This document shows positions 26,501 to 37,700 of a stretch of DNA of 64,000 nt, one piece after another. Made by a program: the position numbers and the translations under genes. The stretch spans positions 16,742,001-16,806,000 of the forward strand of contig NC_087245.1 in the NCBI RefSeq assembly GCF_037042905.1. The letters are read 5' to 3'. The stretch is from Lytechinus pictus. Taxonomy: Eukaryota. Each line of letters starts with the position of its first letter. Positions within the stretch are counted from its first letter, which is position 1. Under the pieces are notes generated by a model. The model had not been told where the DNA came from and ran no database searches. It saw nothing but the letters and a program-made list of their open reading frames with translations.

Positions 26501-29433
26501 GGTATTTTGTGTAATTACAAATCTTTTCTTTTGTTAAGAGCTCGTTTCAAACGATATCCACAAGTTGTAGGCCTATATACCTTCCATATATTATCCTGAT
26601 ATTTATTCCCCAAACCAGTGCAACCATGAATATTCTTGTACCTGGCGATCATGAAAATGCATTTGCCATGATGTTGTCGTTTTTTGTTTCGCCTGCATAG
26701 CAGAGCGAGACGATATATAGGCGCCGCATTTCCGACGGCGGCGCACAGTGGGCCGGGGCGAAACAAAAGTGCGCCAAAAGTCATTTTGGGCAATTTCAGA
26801 TTTTTAATTTTTGTCATGCCCAGCTGAAAGACAACACTTTGAAGAATACTTCAGCAAAATATTTCATTCGGAAATTTGCATAAACGTTGTTAATTTCCTA
26901 CCTCAAATCGTAAAATGTGACATTTTGCGAAATGCCGCGTATATGACAACTTAGTTGAAAACCAAGCCATTTCACATGAGGTTTTTCATGTAGAAATCTG
27001 AAATAGCACCCACATTATCCTGATATATTCTTTTATCGTGTGGAAGGGTTCAAAGTAGATAATAGACACATTTCAGGAGGTTTATAGGATAATTATTCTT
27101 CGAAATAGGCTGATAATCCATGTTTTTTGCATTTATATTAGAAAAGTTTAGATTTCCGTGGATTTCCGTTTAAATTCTATCATCATCATTTTGCTAGATG
27201 TCTAAGCTTTAAGTCGATACCAAATTTAGCTGCCCGTTCTTGCCCGTTTTCATGTTAGAGCCGATTTTACTTGACACAACACCCCCAAAACCTGTTAAAA
27301 AACGGTTATTTTTTATACCGCGCAGTCATCGCAGCGCACCGTGTGGGGTGGATATTGCCGTTCATTTTTGCACGGCGATGGCAATTACCCTTCCATTCCA
27401 TGAAAATGACATGAATTCCGGGCATAATGCAAACAAAATAAAGGTTGATAACGCATATTAGGCCTACCAGCCCCTCTTCCAGAAATAAAAGTTACTTGTA
27501 GAATAATTTCAGCCAAAAACCCTCCTCATAGTAAAACATTCGTGGTGTTATACTCTGCGTTTTACCCAAGTCTACTCTGCTTGATAAAGCACGGTTAATA
27601 TTTTTCAGATTTTTTGTATTTTTTTAAATCTAATGACCATTTCGATGCCATGAAATTATTTTCAGGATCTCATACACACTTTTTAGGCATGTGAGAAGCA
27701 TTAACCAACATTCACTCTGGTCAATCTTAAAGTAACACATTACACAAAGTTTATATACTGCACATTGTTTAGCGTAATTTGTCTTTTCACAAATAGGTTT
27801 TAAGTAGCCAATCAAAATTTGGTATCAAACTGACGTCATATCGGCTTTAAATTATGTTCAGTCGATTCTACGCCCAAAATTACCCTTAATCATCATGTTA
27901 AAGTAAAAATATAACTCGGAATATAATTTTGGCGCAGTTTCAACTCATTCTGGCCCACTGTGCGGCGGCGCCAACATCAAATCTTAACCTAAGGTTAAGT
28001 TTTTTAAATGACATAACTTAGAAAGGCTTAGAAGGTATATGGACTTAGTTCATGAAACTTGGACATAAGGGTAATCAAGTATTTATCACTGAACATCCTG
28101 TGCGATTTTCATGTCACATGACCAAGGTCGAAGGTCATTAAAGGTCGATGAACTTTTTCCATGTTGTAGGTAATTGTTGAAATGCCATAATAACTTTGAA
28201 AGTTTATGGATATACTTAATGAAATGTGGACATAGGGGTAATCCAGTATCATTGCTCATCTTGCACAAGTCGTAGGTCACTTGATCAAGTTCAAATGTCA
28301 TTTAGGGTCAATGAACGTAGTAACATATTATATGATTTTTTTTTTGCAAATAATTATTTTATAGTCATTTTCAAAGTCAGCACTGCTGCTATATTGAATC
28401 GCGTAATGCAGGTAAGACTGCTAGAGACGCTCCACTTGTTTAAATTATAATGACACAAGTTTAATAATATCGTTTGTTATCTTGCCAGGTCTTCCAGCGG
28501 TCGTAGTATTGATTATTGGTTGCATATTTAGAGAGAATTATGCTCGAGGAGATATGTAAGTAAAGGTTTGAATTGATTATATTAAATGATAATGAAAGAG
28601 TGATAATTACAATAAAATGATGACGACTAGTTTGATGATGATAATAGAATTATAACAATAATAAATTATGTTGATGACCATGATGATGATAATAATTTTT
28701 AGATAAGGATGATGATGATTATGATTATCTGATATTGATAATTATTGTAGTGGTATGATCATGAGAACAATAATGATAAGAATAATATTTAGAATGATAT
28801 CAATAGATATATTTATTCTAATATAGGTCTACTGATATTGGTAATTTTATTTATGATTACAATCATCCTGATATATATTATATTATATTCCCATATAGGT
28901 GTTTAATAAAGCAATGGCCCAACATTACAGGTTTGCTCATCCCTGTCGGGCTCATCCTCCTCTTCAACGTCGTCATCTTCATACTCGTCATGAAACGCAT
29001 CAGCTCGACAACGACGGGCAAGATACAAGACAATACACCGACTCGTCATCGTGAGCGAATTCGACGATTACGGAATGCTTTCATCCTCTTGCTCCTCCTC
29101 GGCTTAACATGGGTGTTTGGTTTCCTTGTTAATATCAGAAATGAGGTGCTCATTGCTTTTTCTCAAACTGTTTTCGTCATCTTGAACGCCTTTCAAGGAT
29201 TTTTCATCTTCGTCATTTATTGCGTCAGGCTGCCACAAGCACGGATGCAACTTGCTACATGCTGCCGTTATATCTATTGTCCCTTTGATATAGTTAAGAC
29301 TTCAACCAGTGATCAAAATAAGAACGCTAAGGATTCCAAAGAAATGAGTCATCATGATCAATTAAAACCATTGCCACTTAAAAGGGGTAAAGAGTCGCAA
29401 GCCGAGTCGTTCGATACTGTCTCAACGCCGTAA
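5552..29433 (+). CDS. Adhesion GPCR (secretin-like 7TM) with signal peptide, SUEL galactose/rhamnose-binding lectin domain, sushi/CCP modules and GAIN/GPS; 17 coding exons, ~1031 aa
   Basis: Phase-consistent GT-AG exons: 5552-5606 (METIGYILILWASMQIRC, signal peptide), 6679-6951 (SUEL: AIYGR...GDPCVGTYKFL), 10158-10205, 12197-12391, 13647-13829, 19134(or 19167)-19343, 20097-20258 (CCP-like C..C..W..C), 21104-21177, 22244-22393, 22838-23026, 23377-23567, 23914-24124 (GAIN, FVAYQKTSLF), 24635-24796 (GPS CVYWD...WSSRGC...CRC), 25254-25375, 25919-26187 (LHFFALSSLAWMGIEG), 28489-28555, 28899-29433 (LLLGLTWVFG, NAFQGFFIFVIYC, stop). Joined length is 3096 nt and stays in frame. Confidence 0.88.
6679..6951 (+). 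CDS. Exon encoding the SUEL-type lectin domain of the adhesion GPCR
   Basis: ICE...IDC...AIYGRNDSTTC...C...CNGQQQC...GDPCVGTYKFLNVTYTC pattern. Phase-1 exon flanked by ttcag and gtaac. Confidence 0.9.
7040..8508. repeat. 53-bp minisatellite (~22 forward copies) followed by ~5 diverged inverted copies
   Basis: Unit gatcagatggcaagatctcagatctcgtcatgtctacatcctgtgggagacat over ~7040-8230. Reverse-complement units (gatcatctctcccacaggatgtagatatgacgagatcc) over ~8235-8508. Confidence 0.92.
9455..10050. mobile_element. Non-autonomous TTAA-target TIR element (Kolobok/piggyBac-type target), copy 1
   Basis: ttaa|aggacaagtccacccc ... gacttgacct|ttaa. Homologous along its length to 32862-33448. Confidence 0.8.
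10584..11270. mobile_element. Degenerate piggyBac-like MITE
   Basis: Left end ttaa-ccctaaaaggactggg. Right end cccagtcctttta with a decayed terminus followed by ttaa. Confidence 0.5.
14128..18920. mobile_element. Large (4.8 kb) foldback-type element with modular long inverted repeats, in a GPCR intron
   Basis: Ends tgttacacccacaaatgtaa and ttacatttgtgggtgcaaca. The outer domain is an array of cccacaaatgtaat repeats. The inner domain has dozens of gtcttt(t/c)tccagacc(c)ggtt motifs on the left and their reverse complements from ~17170 rightwards. No credible ORF. Confidence 0.85.
15885..16186. mobile_element. MITE nested in the foldback element (PIF/Harbinger-like, possible 3-bp TSD)
   Basis: TIRs ggcccgtattctgaagtcgggtttaactta and taagttaaacctgacttcagaatacggacc, with att on both flanks. 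Confidence 0.7.
21420..22141. repeat. Tandem duplication of ~350-390 bp including (TTC)n and (GAT)n/(ATC)n microsatellites
   Basis: The block ...attgacgtaaatccatgacgtcatactattcaagttggggg...gtgaagtaaca...aatcaaa occurs twice, ending ~21751 and ~22141. Confidence 0.85.
26686..28438 (+). mobile_element. HINE/DINE-1-like (Helentron-associated) interspersed element, interrupted by a CACAGTG-ended transposon
   Basis: Sits in a T-run. 5' gtttcgcctgcat and subterminal atgcaggtaagac form inverted repeats. Internal catgaccaaggtc subrepeats. A homologous uninterrupted copy starts at 50161. Family assignment is inferred from structure only. Confidence 0.6.
26744..27962. mobile_element. Non-autonomous Transib/RAG-like DNA transposon (1219 bp)
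   Basis: TIRs cacagtgggcc...ggcccactgtg and 5-bp TSD cggcg (26739-26743, 27963-27967). Removing the element plus one TSD restores exactly tccgacggcggcggcgccaa, seen at 50201-50220. Confidence 0.88.
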
Positions 29434-30896
29434 ACGACCCCCCCCCCCCTCCCCGCTATCCCACTCGTTTTGCATACGAATTGTTTCGTCCAAGATTTGT
29501 GTTTCCTCGAAGAGAGCGGTGCTGCCCGGTGTTGTCACTTTATCATTTATTGTCTGTTTTATGGACATACACAGCGGATGAGCAGGGGACAGTTGCCCTC
29601 ACCCCCGTTGCAGATTTATTTTTGTTCTTCTTCTACTTGCAGATCTAAAAATATGCACGGCAATGTGCACCAATCCTTCCTTTCCAACCATGGTCCAATA
29701 TAATTCAAAGATGCCCTTGAGATGACATCGGTGCTTAGCTCTCTCGTTTTATTTCTTTATTTTCATCTTTTTTTATTTCTGCCCTACACTCTCCATGAGA
29801 AAATACTCTACGCATGGCGTTTGGTTGTTTGCTTGTTTTCAGAGCATTTTATTGTTGTTGAATTATATATAATGGAAAAACCAGAGGAGAATACAACTTT
29901 CAACAGGCTCCCAGAAGAAGTTGATCATCTATTTACAAGGATATTGAAATAATGCTTTCTTATTTTGTTTATATTTTTTCTTCTCATCAAGTGAATAAAT
30001 GATGAAATATTGACAACGTGACGTGCAAAATTATTTTTGAAAAGTGATTACATTTCATAACTTTCGATGAAAAATAGTTCAGAATGTTTTATAAAGAATT
30101 ATTATGATGACTCTTTATTATCAACTTACGCGACCGATTTATGTTTACAATAACATGTTCGTGTAAGTGGGAAAGTAAACACCGAACACTCAGTGGTATC
30201 AACAACAAAACAATTGCGAGTCTCTAACCGCCCTTTCACACGGTAAAAAAATCGTAATTTGAATGATGATTCCAGTGAAAAATAAGGCTAATGACGAATA
30301 TTTAGCACGTGTGAAACCAAACTACAACATGACTAGAATCGCGAACGCTAATCACAGTCACGAAAACAATAGCAATCACCATTACAATGATGATTCAAGA
30401 TTCACGTGTGAAAAGGCCCCATGACAACGTTCAGTTTGGATTTCAAAATACATTTCTTTACAAAATAAAGACAGTATTTTTGTATAGACATGGAATCTAG
30501 CTTAGTCGTATTTGTTATTTCATATAATCATGACTTTATACAATGTATTGTGCTAGTTTCTTTAACGAAATGTAGGTAATAATCAGAATGCTAAAGTCGG
30601 GTTAGAATCTATGAGGGGGCACGAACGGTATTGCCCCTGATTTGGTCAAATTTTGTACACTACATTAAGGTACCCTGTGGATGGCCAGTGTCCTTTCATC
30701 CGTGATCCCTGGAAGGGAGGAAGGAAATAGACAAGTCTCTTTTTCGATTAAAAAAAAAAGAAATCCGTCAACATAGCAATGGATGGGAGACCATACAAGG
30801 AGAGGGGTCAGAAGGGATCTTGTTAACTGAGTAAAAAAGCAAGTGTGGAAAGAGGGTGTGCAGTGGAATCATGGAGATAGAGCCTGGGTGGAATGC

Positions 30897-32467
30897 ATAG
30901 GCGGATCCAGGGGGCCGCAGCTCCCTCTGTTGGCGGCCGCGCTCAAAAGGAAAAGAAAAGGAAAAGAAAGAGAAAAAAGGGAAAGTGGAGGAGAAAAAAG
31001 GAAGAGAAAGAAGAGAAGAAATTGAATTATGTAAGGTGAGGGAGAAGTCTTGGACAATAAAAACAGATTTTATGTCACTTTAGAAGTTCACTCGCACTTG
31101 CATTGCATATCTTTCTCAAGAGGCTTCATGGAGCTTAAATTACCAAGTTTTGAAGTCAATGTACCAATCACATTTCAGCTTGGACATGGAGCGTTTTATT
31201 GTATTTTATTCCAAAAATTGTTCAGTAAAAGCCCCGTTTTAAGGTTTGAAAATTGAAAAAGTTTCAGCTCGAGCTGTATGTTCGCATTATTTGATGTGTG
31301 AAGTACCTATATCCTTTTCGTGTATTCCATCAAGTTCTCAATAATCTCCCTTTTTAGGTCTGGCTGTCAAAGGTATATAGCGCTGCGCGCTCATATTTTT
31401 ATTATTGAAATGTTCTAACAAACTGCTTAAAATCCCCTTTTCATGACAATTCTTCAAATTTTTTTCGTTTGTTATAATTACAATAACCCATGGATTATAT
31501 TACAAATAGTGCTTAAATGTTCTGTTTCTGGACCTGTAGAAGAAAAATCGCGCCCTCATTTGATTAATGAGATTCATATCCATGTCATGAATTCCTGCAA
31601 ATAGCCGCCTTTAGATTTTTATCAACAATTTTCAGCTCGCATTTCGGAAGAGGAGGATATCATTTTCTTATGATGACAAATGTGCTTAGATTTCCCAATT
31701 TCTAAGTCTAAATAAAAAAAACACAGCTCCCGCTTCTCGCTCGAATCATTAATTATTAAGAGCGATCCATATCCTCTTCACAATTTTTCCTGCGTATAGT
31801 GCTTATGTTGAATAGTCCTTAAAATAGTCCTTAGTATAAGTTGTCCCTTAAATTTGTGATCGGAATATTAATAATTTTCAGCTCGCGCTTCGCGTTCGCA
31901 TAATTTATGTAGGAAAATGATGACAAATGTGTTTAGAATGATCCGATTTTATGACTAGATCTTTTTAAAAAAGTAAAAGAAAAACATCTCGCGCTTCGCA
32001 ATCGCATGGTTTATTGTTCTTTATTCAAAACGTGCTCAAAATGTTTAGTTTCAGATCGGAATATGAAAACTTTTCTGCTCGCTCTTCGCGCTTGCAAAAT
32101 TATTTTTATAAAATAGGCCTACCAATCCTTTCGATTGAAAAACATGAATAGACTGTCCCAAGATTTGATTGTTGAGATATATATTGTCTTCATGGGTCAC
32201 TGCTCATTTTCAGGTCAGTATTTGAATTATTTCAGCTCGCCCTTCGCGCTCGCATTATGCGCATCTTCCTCCTGATCACGAACATTAAGTTCAATTTTCA
32301 GGACAAACTAAAATTTCATTTTTTTTAGCTCACGCTCGCATTACTTAGCTAAGACTACCCCTTCAAAAAAAAAAAAAAAAATCAGCTTTAAGTGGACAAT
32401 CTGAGAAAATGTGGATGAAAATATTTTTCGCCCCCCCCCCCACTGGCGAAAACTATATCCGCCCCTA
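30897..32467. mobile_element. Interspersed repeat with short TIR-like ends and a periodic ctcgcgcttcgcgctcgca motif
   Basis: Ends ggcggatccagggg ... tatatccgcccct. More than 10 degenerate copies of ctcgcgcttcgcgctcgca between ~31265 and 32340. Confidence 0.5.
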
Positions 32468-32699
32468 GGGCTGGGTAGCGGAGAGAAGGGGCAGGAAATC
32501 GAGGGCCAACAATAAGGATAAAAATCGATTGTCAAAGCTGGACGAGGATAATTATGTTGAACATGTTAAAGGTTATACCTTTATACCGCATCTACTGGAA
32601 AAATACAGTTGTGTCTACAGTCAAGTTTCCAGGTCTGTCTTGTACTGTACGTTGTCTTCCTAGCTTGGACAGCTTGATTGCGTTATGAAATGAGACTTA

Positions 32700-32856
32700 G
32701 GGGGTGTTGCAGGAAAATATTTGCAATTAGTCTCAAATATTCTGTTGCAATATTAAATTAATGGACCTTTTTTTAAGGAAATAAAATTACACTCCTTGAT
32801 GATTAAGGAACCGAAAATAGACTTGTAATTGATCGCAAGTTTCTTGCAACACCCCC
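32700..32856. mobile_element. Small MITE
   Basis: gggggtgttgcaggaa ... ttcttgcaacaccccc inverted ends. Confidence 0.6.
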
Positions 32857-32861
32857 GTTAA

Positions 32862-33448
32862 AGGACAAGTCTACCTCAACAAAAAGTTGATTTGAATAAA
32901 AAGAGAAAAATCCAACAAACATAACACTAAAAATTTCATAAAAATCGGATGTAAAATAAAAAAGTTATGACTTTTAAAAGTTTCGCTTAATTTCACAAAA
33001 GTTATATGCACATCCTGGCTGGTATGCAAATGAGGAGACTATGATGTCATCCACTCACTATTTATTTTGTATTTTATTATATGAAATATGAAATACTCTA
33101 ATTTTCTCCTCAATGTCAAGTGATACATCGATTAATTCCTCCTTGAACATGTGGAATTAGCATTGTTTAATACTATATGGTTCAGTCAAGTTGGTCCTTA
33201 TTGTCAAATCTATAAAAAAAAATACATATTGTATAATTCAAACAATGAAAAACAAAAGAAATAGTGAGTGATGGACATCATTGACTGACTCACCTAGTTG
33301 TGCATATCACTGTTTTGTGAAAAATAAGCGAAACTTTAATATGTCATAACTTTCTTATTTTACATCCAATTTTGATGAAATTTTCAGCACTATGCTAGTT
33401 TGATTTTTCTCTATTCAATTCAGCATTTTCCTGGGGTGGACTTGACCT
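32862..33448. mobile_element. Non-autonomous TTAA-target TIR element, copy 2
   Basis: ttaa|aggacaagtctacc ... ggtggacttgacct|ttaa. Homologous to 9455-10050. Confidence 0.8.
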
Positions 33449-33727
33449 TTAACTCTATTGTATGTAATGATCTTTGTTCACCCAATCAGGAGTGGGAGGT
33501 AAGGCCTGTGGGCCATGGTCATTAAGTTGGCGTAATCCCTACCCAGGCTACCTGGTAGGGTGAGCAAGGGTCTAAAAAATATTTGTATTTTTTGTACTAT
33601 TTTTATGCTTGCATTGTACATGCTGTCTTGTTTTTGTTATTTCTGAAAGTGCTGAATAAAATGATAATATTGATAATTAGTCATCGAGACTTCATTATGA
33701 TTAAGTCAAAGAGATGTGAACTATATA

Positions 33728-33905
33728 CAGGGGCCGCGGAACGGTTTTCAAAGTGGGGGGGGGGGGGGGCTGAGCCAAAAGTGGGGGGCTGACCATGCAA
33801 AAAATCACAATCATATGGTCATTTTTCCGTCTTTGTACACGGTTTTGGAAAAAAAGTTGGGGGGGGGGTTAAGCCCCCCCCCCCCCCCGCTTCCGCGGCC
33901 CCTGC
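33728..33905. mobile_element. Small G/C-tract MITE (hAT-like ends)
   Basis: caggggccgcggaa ... ttccgcggcccctg perfect 14-bp TIR, flanks ctatata and ctataca. Confidence 0.65.
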
Positions 33906-34794
33906 TATACATCAAACCTTCAACCTTGCTCGTGGGCCAAGAAAATGATTAAGATTTCATTTTAAATCAATTTGTTTACCCTTAGTCGAATTAGATTAGT
34001 AACATTACTTCTCTTCGCATCTAAACCTAGTTTCATGTATACTCTTCCACGATCTCTTGCTTGGTTTACTTGGTGAAGTCTGAACAAATTCACGGGAAGT
34101 AACAATAATGAAAATAAAAACTGATGCGGCATCTCGTCTATATAGCCCCCATATTTGGCTTTCTATAGATAAAACAGAATGAGACAACTTAGATATTCAG
34201 TTTAGAATAAACATGTATATATACGATCTTCACTCTCTTCGTGTCAATGGTCAGTCTCTCCATTACCGCACGCAGCCGAGGGGGCGGGGTGGGTAAGTGG
34301 TTCCAAAAGCCTCGAAATTTTGGAAACTCTTACTTTTTACTGAAAATGTTCACAAATTCACCAAGTGTGCACGAAATCCTTCAATTTCACTTAAGAAAAT
34401 GCAACAGCGCCCCAATGAAAGCGCGGTCGCAGTTAAGTTTCTTCGAAAATGTCTACTCATCTTGCGCCACCCGGGGCGCCACCCCCCCCCCCCCCACGGA
34501 ATTTACGTGGGGCGGTACGGCAAATGTCCAATTCTTCCACAGAACGATACTTGTCTCTCATTTTTATTACAGGACACCATACATACAAAATATAATAATA
34601 GTCTGCTAGTTTCGTTTATTTTGTGATTGCGCAATTCGCAACAAGATATACGAGCAAATTCAACTCCAACTCCAAGCAAAGATCGACACGATGAATGACC
34701 TGTAAACCGGATGTTTCTGTTGCAATTTGACGTTGCAATACAACAGCTAATTAACTGAAAGCTTAGGAGCTTTGCATGAGCACATCTTATCTTG

Positions 34795-37700
34795 ATGAAG
34801 TTGCTTCGAATTATACGCAACACTTTGGCTTTGATTGTCCCCAGAGGAAGACACGGTGCACTCGCGTCACTGCAGCCAGCGCCAGCGGGGAGGTCTCTTC
34901 TTGACAAGATGGGGAGGGCTTACGTGAGGTGCGTGGAAGGAGAAGAGCATATGAACATATCCTTTTCATACAGAAACAAACAGAGCAGTTTAAATCGCCC
35001 AATTAATGAAGCTTTAGAAAAATCTCTCACACGCATCCAGAGTACTCTAAAGAAACATTTGGATAAAGAAATGAAGAAAAGAAAGAAAATGAAACTGGAT
35101 GACTCGGCGTCTAGTGTTTTGATGAACGTGGATGAGTTGGATATATCTCTGGTGTCTAATAAAAATGATCCCATTGATGTTGATGTTTTGAATGAAAGTG
35201 CATGGAGAGATGGAGCAGTGCTCTCTGTTGGTGACATTCAGTACGAGGTATGCAGAAATTTTCCAACCATTCAACGACTTCATCTGCCATCGTTTGTATT
35301 AGTCGGTTGTCCTGTGTTTCCACGCATTACGTCAGAGTTTACCAAAGGAGAAGAGTGTAGTTATACTTGGTTTCGTCAAGTTAACAAACAACTGGGTGAT
35401 AAAGATATGAATGACGCTACAGATAATGGAGAGAATCCTAACTGGTTAGAGGTAGGACAGCATAAGACGTACACTCCAACTTCACTGGATGTTGGGTCAA
35501 AGTTGAAACTCTTATGCACTCCGAAGAATGGTGAGAAAGTTGGAGAAGAAAAAGAGTGTGTTACCATGAGAGCAGTCAAGTGCGGGCCGGAAATGTACCC
35601 ATTTCAGAAACGTCATGAGTTCACTAAGGATAGGACTTCACCAGATTGGTAATGATTCTATTTTTAAGATCCTTGCAATGTTTCTTTTCTCATGATTTGG
35701 AAGTACATGTTTTGATATAACTGCATATCCATGAAGGTTTGATTTTTCAGATGTGTAAGCTGTGTTTTTAATTTAAGATAGTTAACACACTTGCATCTAC
35801 TTATTTATTTGTTAAATAACTAAATGAAAAAATGAAGTAAATAAGTAATGAAGGGGATATTCTTGAAACTGCAACAAGTATGATAACTTAAAGGAACTGA
35901 GTTAATCTTTGGAAAAAATACTTTATACAAAACAAAAACATTGAGTTAATCCAAAGAAACTAGTTTTGTCTGTTGCCTACATGTACTTAAAAGTTGGATA
36001 TTTAGAAAGAAGTGTGGACCATATGGCATTATCACTTTGTCAGTGGTGTTAATACAGTATGGCAGTTTTTTAGTTTAAATACCATAATGATCTCAATGAT
36101 GCAAGACCCAAAATTGTAGGCAATTACAATATCCTCACGGAGGCGCTCAGTCGGTAGAGCGGGGGTTTCGGATTCCGGTGACCCGGGTTCGATTCCCAAG
36201 TGGTGCGCTAGTGCCCTTTGCCTTTGGTAAGGCAATTATCCTCATTATACCAGGTCCCTCCGAGAGGACCTTAAGCCGTTGGTCCCCTGGTTGCTTGCTC
36301 ACAGGCATTCGTGCTTTCTTAGCAGTCAGGTAAAACACCTCGGTACATAATAATAATAGACAAAAGATCTTGTAATTTTTACTCTGTCAACATCTCTTGA
36401 CCATTTTTATTGTTGAAATAAGATATTTCTTTAAAGGGTCAATAGTGAATGTCATGTCAAGGAGAATGAAGATTTCATATCAAATCTTTTAATTGCCTTG
36501 ACTCCCAATGACAAATTTACTCCATTCTTTCAGTATAGAATCTATGTGGTCAATGGTTGAAGTGTTGACTTTGATACATCAGGGATATCATATTGCATGA
36601 CTTTTCCTCTTTTTCTTTTGCTTGGCAGTCTACGGATCTTTTCTTACAACATTCTTGCTGACATGTATGCTGATTCAGACTTCTCACGTGACTACCTCTA
36701 CCCTTATTGCTCAACCATATCGCTTGATATTGACTATAGAGAACAGCTTATACTCAAGGAATTATCAGGTAAAATACTCTATAATTCTTTGATAAATGAC
36801 TCAAGGAATTATCAGGTAAAATACTCTATAATTCTTTGATAAATGTGATAGTCAGGAGGATACTGCTGTATCTTGCTTCATTGAACAATGCCTGTCTTAC
36901 ATGCATAAAAACACAGATTTAAAAGAAAATGTTTCCTTCACCCCCTCAAATAAAATATTCTGATATTCTAGGTTATGTGACATGCACCATGTATGTAATA
37001 TTCATCAATAATGACACTAAATCATCACATTCACAGTGAAAGATTGATGTTCCATTCTGTTTCAGGTTACAATGCAGACATTCTTTGTCTTCAGGAGTGT
37101 GGCAAGAAGTTATTTCAGTATAGCTTGGAGCCCGCCCTCAATGACCAGGGATATAAAGGCCTGCTTATCTGTAAGACAAGACAGACACCAGAAGGAGAGG
37201 CACTTTTCTACAAGGAAGATAGATTCAGGTGAGTAGGTCATAAGATAACGATAACGAGATAACGATAGGGTAACGATTGCATGTCTGACATACAGGTGTA
37301 GGAAAAACAATGCACCGTGCTTTCACCAAAACCATACCTCTTCTAATATCTATTTTTTTTCCAACAAATTAGATTTTATTTCTGTTTTCATTGTACTGTT
37401 TCATCCCCCTGAAAGTGGTGCCTCCCTTGCATGAAGAGTTGCATTTAAACATGAGTCAAAAAATCATTTCATTGGTTAAAAATCAAGTTAAAACACACAA
37501 ATTTTTTAGTTGCATTTGATTGCATGTTCTGAGACCTGAAATACAAATTTACAAGGTAATGAAGGACCTGCATGCCGTATTTCGTAGTGCCTTTAATTTT
37601 TAAAGCAACTGATGAATTCAAAGTAGAAGATGATGAATAGAAGTCCCGCTGAAACCCACAGTGAAAAGTGACTCTTTTTTTTTTCAAGGTATACATGTCA

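Noticed and set aside
27240..27815. Short ORFs inside the CACAGTG element as transposase remnants
   Set aside because: No recognisable Transib/RAG1 motifs, so the element is treated as non-autonomous.
34503..35579. Minus-strand ORFs overlapping PDE12 exon 1
   Set aside because: Antisense shadows of a coding exon with no domain signal.
36138..36210. Possible tRNA gene
   Set aside because: A and B boxes are present, but there is no proper acceptor stem or terminator and the sequence continues into a SINE body and tail.
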